From assembly GCA_963696385.1 (NCBI GenBank), contig CAVOKF010000005.1:1376001-1440000 (forward strand): a DNA stretch of 64,000 bases. Reading direction: 5' to 3'. The notes below the pieces were generated by a model that had not been told where the DNA came from, did no database searches, and saw only the letters and a list, made by a program, of their open reading frames with translations. The position numbers were made by a program, and so were the translations under genes. The stretch comes from an uncultured delta proteobacterium (GTDB lineage Bacteria > Myxococcota_A > Polyangia > Polyangiales > Polyangiaceae). How positions within the stretch are numbered: position 1 is the first letter of the stretch; every line of letters begins with the position of its first letter. Shown piece after piece: positions 30,354-39,671 of this stretch.

Positions 30354-30851
30354 ATGGCGTTGTGTGCAGCCGGGTGTGCTGCCTCGGTGGGATCGGCGCG
30401 ACCGATCACGGCTCAAGCTGGTTCATCCTCGCGGCCGGACCCTGTCGCATTTGCTTTCGACTCACTGGACGATCGCCCCCTTACCTCGGAATCCACGCGA
30501 GGAAAGCCGACCGTTCTCGCGTTCGTGACGACGGCGAGTCTGGCCGCGCAGGCCCAGGTCGATTTCCTCGTGGCGATGGCGAAGCGCGACGGCGAGCGGA
30601 TTGGCTACGGTGTCGTGGCGCTCGAGCCGCCCGAGAATCGAGAGCTCGTCGAGCTCTACGTGAAGGCGCTTTCGATCGGTTTTCCCGTCGCCATCGCGGA
30701 CTTGCAAACTCTGGTGGGCGCGAGCGCCTTCGGCGACGTGCGAAGTGTGCCTGTGACCGTGGTGCTCGACTCCGTTGGCCGGGTCGTTTGGCGGGTGGAT
30801 GGCCGGGTCGCCCGCAGCGACGAAATTCGTGCGGCCATGCTGGGGCTGTAG
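30354..30851 (+). CDS. TlpA/thioredoxin-like fold lipoprotein lacking CxxC (start uncertain)
   Basis: AAGC lipobox; FDSLDD..RGKPTVLAF, FPVAIAD, VPVTVVLDSVGRV typical of the TlpA family; TTASLAA where WCxxC is expected. Confidence 0.7.
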   Translation: MALCAAGCAASVGSARPITAQAGSSSRPDPVAFAFDSLDDRPLTSESTRGKPTVLAFVTTASLAAQAQVDFLVAMAKRDGERIGYGVVALEPPENRELVELYVKALSIGFPVAIADLQTLVGASAFGDVRSVPVTVVLDSVGRVVWRVDGRVARSDEIRAAMLGL

Positions 30852-30895
30852 AATTTTTGGTTGGGTCCCGCCCGACGCCCGAACCCCCCGTCCTG

Positions 30896-32452
30896 TCAGT
30901 GCACATCGCCGACGAGCAGGGCGAACGCGCCGACGAGTACCTCCTCCGGCGAAGCCCCGCCTTGCTGGGCGCTGCCATTCCGATCGATCGAGAAACCGTG
31001 GTCGCCGAAGACGAACAGGAGGGTGTGTGGGACGAGGGTCTCGGCGTGACGCGCGATGACGTCGGCCGTCGCGTCGGCAATCTCGGGGAGCACGCGCATC
31101 ACGGCTCCACGCGCGGAACCGAGACGTGACTCGACGAGGTCGAGCTTGTGGATCTCCCGCGGACCGACGCGCAGCCTGCGTACGTACTCGGCGGTTCGGC
31201 CCCGATGTGGCTCCGCGTCCGCCTCGAGCTCGTCGGGGACACGCAGGGCCTCGACGCCCCTGGCTATCGTTTCGAGCTGGCGCATGGTCGTGGTCGGCAA
31301 TGCACTCCAGAGGAGAAGCTCGTCGGCGAGCACGGCGCGCGAACCGAGCTTTACCGCCAGCCGCTCTTGCACGAGGCGCGACACGTCCCATCGCATCCCG
31401 TCGACCAGCAGCAGTCGCGTCGACCGCGCGCCGTGCAGACGCGCGATTCGCCCCGCCAGATCATGGACCTCGAGAACCATGCGCGGCCGCTTCGTCGTAG
31501 CCGCGAACGTCGCGAATGCGTCCGTGTAGCTCTTGACGAAAGTGTTCCGAAATTCGTCGTGCGCGCCTTTGGCGCGGGGATCGTCGAGTCCGGATGCGAT
31601 CGCGCCGTTGAGCGGCACGTAGCTTTCGGTGAAGAGCTTCTCGAGCACCCCGAGCGGCTGAGGGCCTCGGGCGGCGGAGAGCTGGAGAGCCCACGTCCTC
31701 CATGGTTCGCTCCGATCCCCCTCGGCAGCTGCCGCGCTGCGGATCGAAGGTTCGATCTCCCGATCCGCGTCGACCACGTTTGCAGGCGTCCGATGGGCCG
31801 ATGGTTGCGCGGGGGCCGCCGTCGCAAAACCTTCCGACTGTCCAACGGCGGTGCTGGCGAAGCGGACCGAATCGGCTGCGATGACCTGTTCGAGCGGCAT
31901 CGGGTCGCCGTAGGCTTGGGTCCGAGCGTCGCGTGCATCGAGCAGCACAAGGATCGGCGGATCCGGCGCCGCCTTCGCGAGCCAGCGCAGCGTGGCGCAA
32001 TCCTGTGGCTCAAGCGCGCCGAGCGGGCCGGCTGCGGCGCGCAACGGCCCAAGCACAACCGCAATGCCCTTCGCGCCAGCGCGTCGGGCCCGATACATTT
32101 GGTCACTCAGGGCGGTCTCGCGTTGTGCGAGGCTGGCCGAGCTGCCGAGCCCCGCGATGGCGACCCCGGGTCCTGCCTCGCCGCGGGCTCGAAGCGCCCC
32201 CTCAATGGCGTCGTCGATGACGTCGCCCAGTCGGCCGCGTATAGAGGGGCCGATTCCATCGAGCTCGGCGACGACCCAACCCGCGCGATCGAGTGCCTCG
32301 CGGACGGTGTCTCGTTCGTCCGGCCGGACGAAGCGAACTGTTCCGAGCGGGTCGAGCGCGAGCGGACCGGAAGGCTCCACGGTGCAAGGGCCGCCGGAGT
32401 CCCGAAGTGGATGCATGGTCACGGCTGCGATGTAGTCACGCGCGGCTCGCAT
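30896..32452 (-). CDS. Protein with C-terminal PglZ-like (alkaline phosphatase superfamily) domain
   Basis: LLLVDGMRWD, LPTTT, FVFGDHGF, GGASPEEVLV are the ordered PglZ-domain motifs; start codon uncertain. Confidence 0.7.
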   Translation of the reverse strand: MRAARDYIAAVTMHPLRDSGGPCTVEPSGPLALDPLGTVRFVRPDERDTVREALDRAGWVVAELDGIGPSIRGRLGDVIDDAIEGALRARGEAGPGVAIAGLGSSASLAQRETALSDQMYRARRAGAKGIAVVLGPLRAAAGPLGALEPQDCATLRWLAKAAPDPPILVLLDARDARTQAYGDPMPLEQVIAADSVRFASTAVGQSEGFATAAPAQPSAHRTPANVVDADREIEPSIRSAAAAEGDRSEPWRTWALQLSAARGPQPLGVLEKLFTESYVPLNGAIASGLDDPRAKGAHDEFRNTFVKSYTDAFATFAATTKRPRMVLEVHDLAGRIARLHGARSTRLLLVDGMRWDVSRLVQERLAVKLGSRAVLADELLLWSALPTTTMRQLETIARGVEALRVPDELEADAEPHRGRTAEYVRRLRVGPREIHKLDLVESRLGSARGAVMRVLPEIADATADVIARHAETLVPHTLLFVFGDHGFSIDRNGSAQQGGASPEEVLVGAFALLVGDVH

Positions 32453-32482
32453 TGGCCCAATTTGTGGCGGGGCGTGTGCCCG

Positions 32483-32510
32483 TTGACCCGGAGCGGACCG
32501 ATGTTATCTT
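32483..32510 (+). promoter_or_regulatory. Sigma70-type promoter for 6S RNA
   Basis: TTGACC (32483-32488), 16 bp, TATCTT (32505-32510) preceded by TGn extension. Confidence 0.6.
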
Positions 32511-32516
32511 CGAGAC

Positions 32517-32725
32517 TGTTCCCTCTGCCAGGTTCGAGATTGCCGGCATTACATGGATCCCGAACAACCACGAACCAGGGGGGCTCTGACCGCTCGGTGT
32601 GCAGGCCGGGCCGACTCTCGACGAGCCGGATCCACTCGGAAGCCTAAAGCGCGGTCAACGCTCCCCACCTAGCCGCTGGCTAGGGGTTCATGTCGTCCGG
32701 CACACGGCCCAGGCGGTAAGGAACA
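32517..32725 (+). ncRNA. ssrS: 6S RNA
   Basis: About 210 nt rod: 5' TGTTCC..TCTGCC pairs with 3' GGCGG..GGAACA. Ordered 6S-like segments GTTCGAGA, GGTGTGCA, AAGCCTAAAG, CCCACCT, GGTTCA, CACACGGC as recalled from deltaproteobacterial ssrS; no credible ORF here. Confidence 0.8.
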
Positions 32726-32760
32726 ACCTCGTGCGCGAAAGCGCACGCGGATCTTCCGTG

Positions 32761-32789
32761 ACGGGGGCGCTCGGCAAGAGCGCCCCCGT
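32761..32789. terminator. Strong hairpin between 6S RNA and the convergent kinase gene
   Basis: ACGGGGGCGCTC-GGCAA-GAGCGCCCCCGT perfect 12-bp stem followed by TCGCTTT. Confidence 0.55.
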
Positions 32790-32897
32790 TCGCTTTCGCG
32801 CACGCTCCGTTATGTGAGTTTGTTTGCGCGCCGGACGCATGGTCGAACCGTCGGTGAAGTCGATGGGTGCGGGGTGCTCGAGTTCGTGCTCGGCCGC

Positions 32898-33938
32898 TCA
32901 TTCGAAATACAGGGTGGCTGCTTCGCCGACTCGCGCGACCTGTGCGTCGACGATGTCGATTACGGTTTTCTTGCGCGCATCGGCTCCGCTGACGATGCCG
33001 TTAGACAGCAGGGGTTCGCCCCGCGAGTCGGTGCCGAAGGCTTCGCGGAGGCGGATCGTGTCCAGGGCGCGAAGCTCGGCAACGAAGCTACGTGAAAATC
33101 GGATCACCTGACGCAGTACCGCCGCTTGGCGGGAAAGCGATTGTTCGGGCGGAGTCTCGAAGAACGCGCCATCGTTGTCGACATAGAGCAGCGTTCCGCT
33201 GGCACCGTCTCGTGCGACGTTTCCGCCGCTCCATCGATCCCAATTGGCCGTGATGTAGTCGAACGCGAGCAGGGTCGAAATGGCGCACGCCAGGGGCCGA
33301 TCGGCGTCCTCGATACGGACGTCCGGATCCATGAGCCACGCTTGCCATCGCGCCCGCCATGCCGGTCGCTCCAGCGCAACCTCCTCATAGCGCTCAATCC
33401 ACGGCATGAGTGCGCCGCGCACGCGGCCGTTCGGATCGACCTGCGCCATTCGATCGAATTGAACGGCGCCTTGCTGTGTCATGGCGGGTCGCAATTCGGA
33501 CGCCGCGAACTCGTGTGGGATCGCACGCGGAACGTTGGGAAGGCCGAGCGCTCGCGCGAGCCGATATGCGGCGATTTCGCCTTTGTATCGGCAACACCCG
33601 AGGGGCAGGTTGGACCGTGGCTTGAACACCGCCAGCAGGCCGTTCTCGAACGTGAGCTTTAGGACGTACGAAGTGTGCCCGATGCTCTTTGCCGTGCGCA
33701 GGCGGGTCGTGAGGTACGGGTCGGCGTCGGCGTCCGCGCGGATCGTCGCCTGAGGCGTCGCGCGTGCCCCGTCGGTCGAGGGCGCGTTCTCGGGTGGCCT
33801 GAGGCTGGAAGAGATCGAGGCACCCGCGAGGGCGCTCCGATTCCATATCCCGGTCGATGCGCTCTCTTTGCCACAGGCCGTGACCAGCACCGCGGCGCTA
33901 CAGCACACGCTGGCGAAGAAAGGTGACGATGCGCGCAT
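32898..33938 (-). CDS. Lipoprotein with atypical kinase domain (Fam20C/four-jointed/PI3-PI4K-like)
   Basis: Lipobox LVTAC; AVFKP, EIAAYRLARALGLPNVP, FDYITANWDRWSGGN, LLYVDNDGAF. Confidence 0.7.
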   Translation of the reverse strand: MRASSPFFASVCCSAAVLVTACGKESASTGIWNRSALAGASISSSLRPPENAPSTDGARATPQATIRADADADPYLTTRLRTAKSIGHTSYVLKLTFENGLLAVFKPRSNLPLGCCRYKGEIAAYRLARALGLPNVPRAIPHEFAASELRPAMTQQGAVQFDRMAQVDPNGRVRGALMPWIERYEEVALERPAWRARWQAWLMDPDVRIEDADRPLACAISTLLAFDYITANWDRWSGGNVARDGASGTLLYVDNDGAFFETPPEQSLSRQAAVLRQVIRFSRSFVAELRALDTIRLREAFGTDSRGEPLLSNGIVSGADARKKTVIDIVDAQVARVGEAATLYFE

Positions 33939-34793
33939 TGACGAGCTCCGGCTGCTCGATGGGCGTGACGTGCGTTCCGCGCTCGACCATCAAGAGCTCA
34001 CCGTTCGGGATCATCTCCGCCATGGCGCGCGCGAGAAACGCGGGAGTGAAGGTGTCCCGCTCGCCAGCGACCACGAGCACGGGAACTTCGATGCGCGTGA
34101 GCAAGTCCCCGGCCGTGTGGCGGCCCGCCGCACGCAGCATCCGCAGAAACATCGGGAAATCCACGTGCGTCATATGGATGAGGTAAGGCAGCATATCCTC
34201 CGCGTGGACACGCTCCGGGTCGATTTCGCCGGCCTTTAGCGCGAATTTGAGCGACAGGCGGGGCGGCAACCGGCTCCATAGAGCGCGCACGAGATCCGGG
34301 AACCTCTCCACCACGTCGAGAAATCTCGGCAGGATCAGGTCGAGCAGCGGCACTCCGTGGAACGTACTCGTGACGTTGCCAAATGTGCCGCAGAGCAAGA
34401 CGAGGCCGCGCACTCGCTCGGGCCTCTGCCGGTAGGCTTCGAGCGCAACCTGGCAACCCATCGAGTGCCCGAACAGCACGCACGGCGGATCGCCGACGTG
34501 GCGACGCACAGCCTCGAGGTCCTCGGCCAGCGCGGCGATGTCGATCCGATCCGGGTCCGCCGGGGGCGCGCTACGGCCGTGTCCCCGATAGTGCCAGTGG
34601 ACGACGGGCACGATCGACGCCAGAGCGTCCCATAAGTACTTCCAGATGAAGCCGTCGCAGAGGATACCGTCGCTCAGTATCGCATGCACGTCTTCGGGCG
34701 CGTACCCCCCCTTCGTATGCGCACATAAAGTCGCGTGCCGTCCGGGCCGAGTGCGAACGACTCTCGAGCCTCAAACGGCCGCGCCGTCGGCAC
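33898..34793 (-). CDS. Alpha/beta-fold hydrolase (apparent 1-nt deletion in C7 run at 34705-34711)
   Basis: GPDGTRLYVR N-terminus in a different frame; YRGHGRS, GHSMG nucleophile elbow, AGERDTFTP, GTH. Confidence 0.85.
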
Positions 34794-34807
34794 CGAGTCG
34801 TTCGCGC

Positions 34808-35044
34808 TCAGCCGCCTTCCTCGTCATCGGAGCCCTCGACGTCATTGACGCTCGGCAGTTTTTTTATCTCAGTCCTCGAAATCTTCCACGCGCGTTGCAC
34901 GACCCAGGAGAGTGACCGGTCGAGGCGGGCCGCTTCCTCCTTGATCTCCTGCAGCATCGATTCGGGGAAATACAAGCTTTGCTTGCGCTTGTCTGTTTTC
35001 GATCCCGGCAAGTTTGCCGTCGAATCCTTGTCACTCGTCGCCAA
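34808..35044 (-). CDS. TIGR04563 (MXAN_4361/MXAN_4362) family small protein
   Basis: TDKRKQSLYFPESMLQEIKEEAARLDRSLSWVVQRAWK; TTG start with AAGGAGG RBS. Confidence 0.88.
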   Translation of the reverse strand: MATSDKDSTANLPGSKTDKRKQSLYFPESMLQEIKEEAARLDRSLSWVVQRAWKISRTEIKKLPSVNDVEGSDDEEGG

Positions 35045-35357
35045 GGTTGCCTCCTTCGGGGTGAGCAGCGCGTAATGTGAGGCGGGGCGCTGCGTTCGCC
35101 TGCACCATGGTACCGCTACTATCGGCTTCCTTACGAGTGGGATCAAGCTAAGCGCTTTGTCACGCGACAGATGGCCGGTCCATCGCGATCGGTCGCAGCG
35201 CCCGGCCGAATCGCCCCGGCTGGCGCTGCCCGGCGATCCAGGCCCCCGGGCGAGCGGCGAGGACAGAGGCCCGCCGGGTCGAGCTTACGCCGCGACCGAG
35301 GCCCTTCCTGGTGTATGGCTCGGGCGCACTTTCGATGCGCGGATTAGCTTTCGACCC

Positions 35358-36710
35358 ATGGGTCGATCGATGGCGAAGCTCGTACTCGTTCCCGGTTGCA
35401 TCGTCTCCGCGTTTGCCGGAGGAGCTTGCGTTGCCGCATTCGACCATGGGGCGCGCGCCTCGGGGGACGTGCCGTATGCCGCGCTCGATCAGCTCGGCCG
35501 CGTCCTCGTCGAGGTCGAAAACGAATACGTGGATCCCGTGAACCGGACGAAACTCGTCGACGGCGCCATCAAAGGTATGGTCTCCGAGCTCGACCCGCAC
35601 TCGAGCTACATGTCGCCCGACGAATTTTCGGCGTTCGAGAGCGATACCGAGGGTCAGTTCGGAGGGATCGGTATCGAAGTCGAGGAGCGCAGCGAGCAGC
35701 TCATCGTGCTCGCACCGATCGATGGATCGCCTGCTGACAGGGCCGGCATTCGCAGCGGCGACATCATCGTGAGCGTCGACGGTCAGGATCCAAGCGCGCA
35801 ACCACTCGACAAGCTCGTGAAGCGCCTTCGCGGAGCGCCAGGCTCGCACGTGAAGGTCGGCGTACGACGTCCCGGCGCCTCCGACCACTTGGCGTTCGAC
35901 CTCGTTCGCGAAGTGATTCACGTGCCGAGCGTGGCGTCCAAGCTTCTCTCCGACCGCATCGCTTACATTCGCATCAAGCAGTTTCAGGAGCACACGCACG
36001 ACGAGCTACTCGACGCCGCGGGTCGCCTGCGCGTGCGCGCGAGTGGGCCGCTGTCCGGGATCATTCTCGACCTGCGGGGCGACCCTGGAGGGCTGGTCGA
36101 TCAAGCCGCTGACGTTGCGGATGAGTTTCTCGACGGGGGCATCATCTACACCACGCGCCACCGCGGTCTGGTCGTCGATGAGATCAAGGCGAGGGCCAAT
36201 GGTGCGTTCAGTACCGAGCCCTGCGTGGTCCTCGTCAATCAGTATACGGCGAGCGCTTCGGAGCTCGTGGCCGGTGCGCTGCAGGATCACAAGCGCGCAA
36301 TCATCGTCGGCGAGTCCACTTTCGGAAAGGGAAGTGTCCAGGCGATCGTCTCGTTGCCCGGCGGCGCCGGGATGCGACTGACTGTTTCTCGCTATTACAC
36401 GCCGAGCGGCCATGCGATCCAGGCGGATGGCGTGCATCCGGATGTCGCCGTCGAGCTGAAGAAGGAAGAGGGAGGCATGTCCTTCAGGGAGAAAGATCTT
36501 GACGGACATCTCGCCGCCGAGACCCTCGCGCCTGCGGGCAAACCGAGAAGCGTCGTCATCCTTGCAATCGACGGGGGAACGTCGCCGACTACGGCCTCCG
36601 GCAGCGAGGCACGCGATATTCCCGACGATCCCGACAGGGGCCCGGATCCGGTGCTCAAGGTCGGATGGCAGGTGCTCCGGCAAGCGATCGCCGGCCGCTC
36701 GTCGCCATGA
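35358..36710 (+). CDS. ctpA: S41 family carboxyl-terminal processing protease
   Basis: LDPHSSY, GGIGI (PDZ), ILDLRGDPGG, TASASE, TFGKGSVQ, YYTPSG. Confidence 0.93.
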   Translation: MGRSMAKLVLVPGCIVSAFAGGACVAAFDHGARASGDVPYAALDQLGRVLVEVENEYVDPVNRTKLVDGAIKGMVSELDPHSSYMSPDEFSAFESDTEGQFGGIGIEVEERSEQLIVLAPIDGSPADRAGIRSGDIIVSVDGQDPSAQPLDKLVKRLRGAPGSHVKVGVRRPGASDHLAFDLVREVIHVPSVASKLLSDRIAYIRIKQFQEHTHDELLDAAGRLRVRASGPLSGIILDLRGDPGGLVDQAADVADEFLDGGIIYTTRHRGLVVDEIKARANGAFSTEPCVVLVNQYTASASELVAGALQDHKRAIIVGESTFGKGSVQAIVSLPGGAGMRLTVSRYYTPSGHAIQADGVHPDVAVELKKEEGGMSFREKDLDGHLAAETLAPAGKPRSVVILAIDGGTSPTTASGSEARDIPDDPDRGPDPVLKVGWQVLRQAIAGRSSP

Positions 36711-37926
36711 GTCCTGCGGCGGCCGCTCCCGCGCGGACTCCGCTCGAAAGCGATGTGAGCCATCCGCGGGCAGCGTCGGCCACGACTTCGCCCGCCGCAA
36801 AGATCCCCGATACCCCTCGGGCGGCACCGTCGACGCCGGTCAGTATGCCCGCCCGATTCATCATTGGGCTCTGCGCGAACGGGGAGGCGATCGACTCCGG
36901 CGGGGCTCCGAAGAGGGAACCGGGCAGCTCGAGCGCCCGGCCGTTCATGCCCATCCAGACGGGCGCGTCGATCGTGATTCGCAGCGGCGGCTGGGCCCGG
37001 GCGGGCAGCGTCGTCGCGAACGTAGCCTCGGACGGCGCGTACTCGAGGCCTCCGCCGACCAGCCCCCCGATGGCCAGGACGACGGCATGCCCCTCGAACG
37101 ATGCCCCTTCCTCCGTTTCGACGCGCCACATCGCTGGGCGGATGTGCAAGCCTCGCGCGCGCAGGCGCACGTAGGTGGCGCCGCATGCGCGGAAGGCGCG
37201 GTCGCGAGCGCGCTCGAAGCGCAACCCTGCGGGGCCGCCGGGGAGCGCGACGGCCTCTCCGCAGCAAACGCCGGCGAGGCGCGAGAGATCCTCTGCGCGA
37301 GCACGTTCGACGCCCAGCATCGGCGGCAAAACGACACCGTTGTACGCTCCACCCGCCGCCGCGAGATCCCGGCGCAGCCGTTCGGCGAGCCAGATCAGGC
37401 GAGCATCGTCGTCGTGACGTGAGGCGAGTTCCGCGTCCGGCAGCACCTCCTCGTCGGAGTGGCGCAGCACGGATGCGTCGACGGCGCAGTAAGAAGGGCC
37501 CCAAGCACGCGCGAGCGCGTCGGCGTCCCACCCGGATCGCTCGCAGCGGGCGACCGCGACGCAGGGGTCCACGAGGGCAGCCACGTCGAGCAGCGCGGAG
37601 TCACAGCCCCGTGCATGTCGAACGACGCCGGCGGTCGTAACCAGTGTCGCACCCGCCTGCGGAACGAGGTAGCCGCCGAGGGCTTCGAGCGTCGCGCGCA
37701 CGTCGGCGTCGATGACCTCGTCATGAGCCGTGAGCCGCGTGTGCCAAGGCGCGAAATCGAGCGCGCCCGTTGTGAGCATGGACGCCCCGGTTCCCCCGTC
37801 GAGAACCGTCACCTCGGCCCCGGCCTGTGCCGCGGAGATGACCGCTGCTGTGCCGGCGATTCCCGCCCCGATGACGACCACTCGCCGAGCCGGCGATGCG
37901 TCGCCCTCCGCCACCGGCGCGATCAA
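36655..37926 (-). CDS. glpB: Anaerobic glycerol-3-phosphate dehydrogenase subunit B-like FAD protein
   Basis: VVIGAGIAG, TGALD, PGGPAGLR, VVLAIGGLVGGGL, FAAG; coupled (TTGA) to the glpA-like gene. Confidence 0.7.
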   Translation of the reverse strand: MIAPVAEGDASPARRVVVIGAGIAGTAAVISAAQAGAEVTVLDGGTGASMLTTGALDFAPWHTRLTAHDEVIDADVRATLEALGGYLVPQAGATLVTTAGVVRHARGCDSALLDVAALVDPCVAVARCERSGWDADALARAWGPSYCAVDASVLRHSDEEVLPDAELASRHDDDARLIWLAERLRRDLAAAGGAYNGVVLPPMLGVERARAEDLSRLAGVCCGEAVALPGGPAGLRFERARDRAFRACGATYVRLRARGLHIRPAMWRVETEEGASFEGHAVVLAIGGLVGGGLEYAPSEATFATTLPARAQPPLRITIDAPVWMGMNGRALELPGSLFGAPPESIASPFAQSPMMNRAGILTGVDGAARGVSGIFAAGEVVADAARGWLTSLSSGVRAGAAAAGLMATSGRRSLAGAPAIRP

Positions 37927-39659
37927 GTCGACTCACCCAGCGACGAGCTCAAATGCGCTGACGTCAACGCCTCCTGCCGAGCCTGATCGGGGCCGAGCGC
38001 GACGGCGCGCGCGCGCGTCTGCCGACCGATAAACTCCAGGGCCATCTGCCGGCCCATCGCCGGGGCCAGGCCTAGCTCACTCACCACGAGCTGCCCGCAT
38101 CGAGCGGCACAGCGCATTCCTCCGCATGCGCCGAGTCCCAACCGCGTCCGTCGCGCGACGTCATCGACGGTCTGGGCCAGCTCATGCCGAATCGTGTACC
38201 GCACTTCGGCTTCCAGGACGGGTTCGCACGGGCATGTCACGTCCCGTTCGGTCCGGCAGCGCGCGGTTCGGTCGAGGATGTCGATGGCGCGTCCGCCGTA
38301 TCGGTAAACGAGTCGTCGCGCCGCTACCGGCGTAACGGCGTACTTGGCGGCTATCGCGATCGCGTCGGGAATGCCATCGCCTCCCGGCAGCCGGCGTGTG
38401 TGTGTCGAGCACCTCGTGTTCACGGAGAATTCGCGCGGCGCGACGACGTCGCACAACTCCTGCGCGAACAAGCGGTAACTCGCAAGCTTGCCGCCGATGA
38501 GCGAGTAAACGCCGGGGGCTCCATCGCTGCCGTGCTCGACGACTCGGTGGTCGCGCGACAGCGCATCTTCGTTGCGCCCGTACTCGTACAGTGTCGGCCG
38601 CACGCCCGCGTACGTTCCAATCGCACGAGCGAGCCGCACGCTCGGAAATACGCGCGCAATGCCTTGCACGAGGTAGCGCACCTCTTCGCTCGTCGCACAC
38701 ACGTCGTCGAGGTCACCGTAGAAATCATCGTCGGTGGTACCCAGAACGCTGACGTTTTGCCATGGCTCGAGAAAAATCTGTCGCCCGTCGATCGCTTCGG
38801 AAAGAATGCCGTAGTTCGTGATGCGGCGATCGAGCACCACGTGAATTCCCTTTCCGGGGCGGACGCGCACGCGCGCCTGGGGCAAGCCCCCGAGTGCGGC
38901 CGTCACGGGCGCCCATGCGCCGGTCGCGTTCACGACGACGCGCGCGCGCACGCGCAAGCGCCTGCCCGACAGGCGGTTTCGCGCCTCGACGACGTATCGG
39001 CAGGGCTCACCGGTTCGGGCCGCGCGCCCAATCGATTCGACCGTCGTATGCACGTGCACGCGGGCTCCGTGCTCGATGGCATCGAGGGCGTTGAGGACGC
39101 AGAGGCGTGCGCCGTCGACTCCCCACTCGTCGAACGACACGCCACCCACCAGTCCTCCGATGAGGCCTGGCTCGAGCCGGCCGAGAGCGTTGGCGTCGAG
39201 TCGGCAATGAGGTTTCCCGCGCTTGAGTGGCTGATAGTCGTCGTACGCGCGGAAGTAGGCGTCAACGAGTTCGAGTGCGACGCGCGCCGTCGGCCCGTCT
39301 CGAAGGGGCAGCAAGAACGGGATTCGAAAGAGCAAATGCGGTGCGATGTGCTGGATGTACCCCGAGTCACGGCACGAGCTTTCGGTGACGTGTGGGGCGC
39401 GCGAGAGATAGCGCACCCCGCCGTGAATCATGCCGCTCGAGTTTCCGCTCGCGCCGAACGCCAGATCGTGGCGTTCGAACACAACGACGCCGAGGCCGCG
39501 AAGCGCCAGATCGCGCGCTACCCCCACACCGTTGATGCCCCCCCCGATGATGGCCACGTCGGTCTCGTCCGAGTTCGACGTGTCGACCCAAGGCATCGCC
39601 GCGGCACCCGGAGCGAGCGACGAGATGGATGGGGCGGCGGGCACGACGGTTGGGCTCAT
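37923..39659 (-). CDS. glpA: FAD-dependent glycerol-3-phosphate dehydrogenase subunit A-like with BFD-like [2Fe-2S] domain
   Basis: IIGGGINGVGVARDLALRG, SSGMIHGGVRYL, NATGAW, GTTD, AGVRP, GGKL; C-terminal CPCE...RRTRLGLGACGGMRC. Confidence 0.85.
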   Translation of the reverse strand: MSPTVVPAAPSISSLAPGAAAMPWVDTSNSDETDVAIIGGGINGVGVARDLALRGLGVVVFERHDLAFGASGNSSGMIHGGVRYLSRAPHVTESSCRDSGYIQHIAPHLLFRIPFLLPLRDGPTARVALELVDAYFRAYDDYQPLKRGKPHCRLDANALGRLEPGLIGGLVGGVSFDEWGVDGARLCVLNALDAIEHGARVHVHTTVESIGRAARTGEPCRYVVEARNRLSGRRLRVRARVVVNATGAWAPVTAALGGLPQARVRVRPGKGIHVVLDRRITNYGILSEAIDGRQIFLEPWQNVSVLGTTDDDFYGDLDDVCATSEEVRYLVQGIARVFPSVRLARAIGTYAGVRPTLYEYGRNEDALSRDHRVVEHGSDGAPGVYSLIGGKLASYRLFAQELCDVVAPREFSVNTRCSTHTRRLPGGDGIPDAIAIAAKYAVTPVAARRLVYRYGGRAIDILDRTARCRTERDVTCPCEPVLEAEVRYTIRHELAQTVDDVARRTRLGLGACGGMRCAARCGQLVVSELGLAPAMGRQMALEFIGRQTRARAVALGPDQARQEALTSAHLSSSLGEST

Positions 39660-39671
39660 ACCACGTGGCGT

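Noticed and set aside
30896..32452. BREX defence system
   Set aside because: Only a PglZ-like domain is present; no ATPase, methyltransferase or Lon-like genes in the window.
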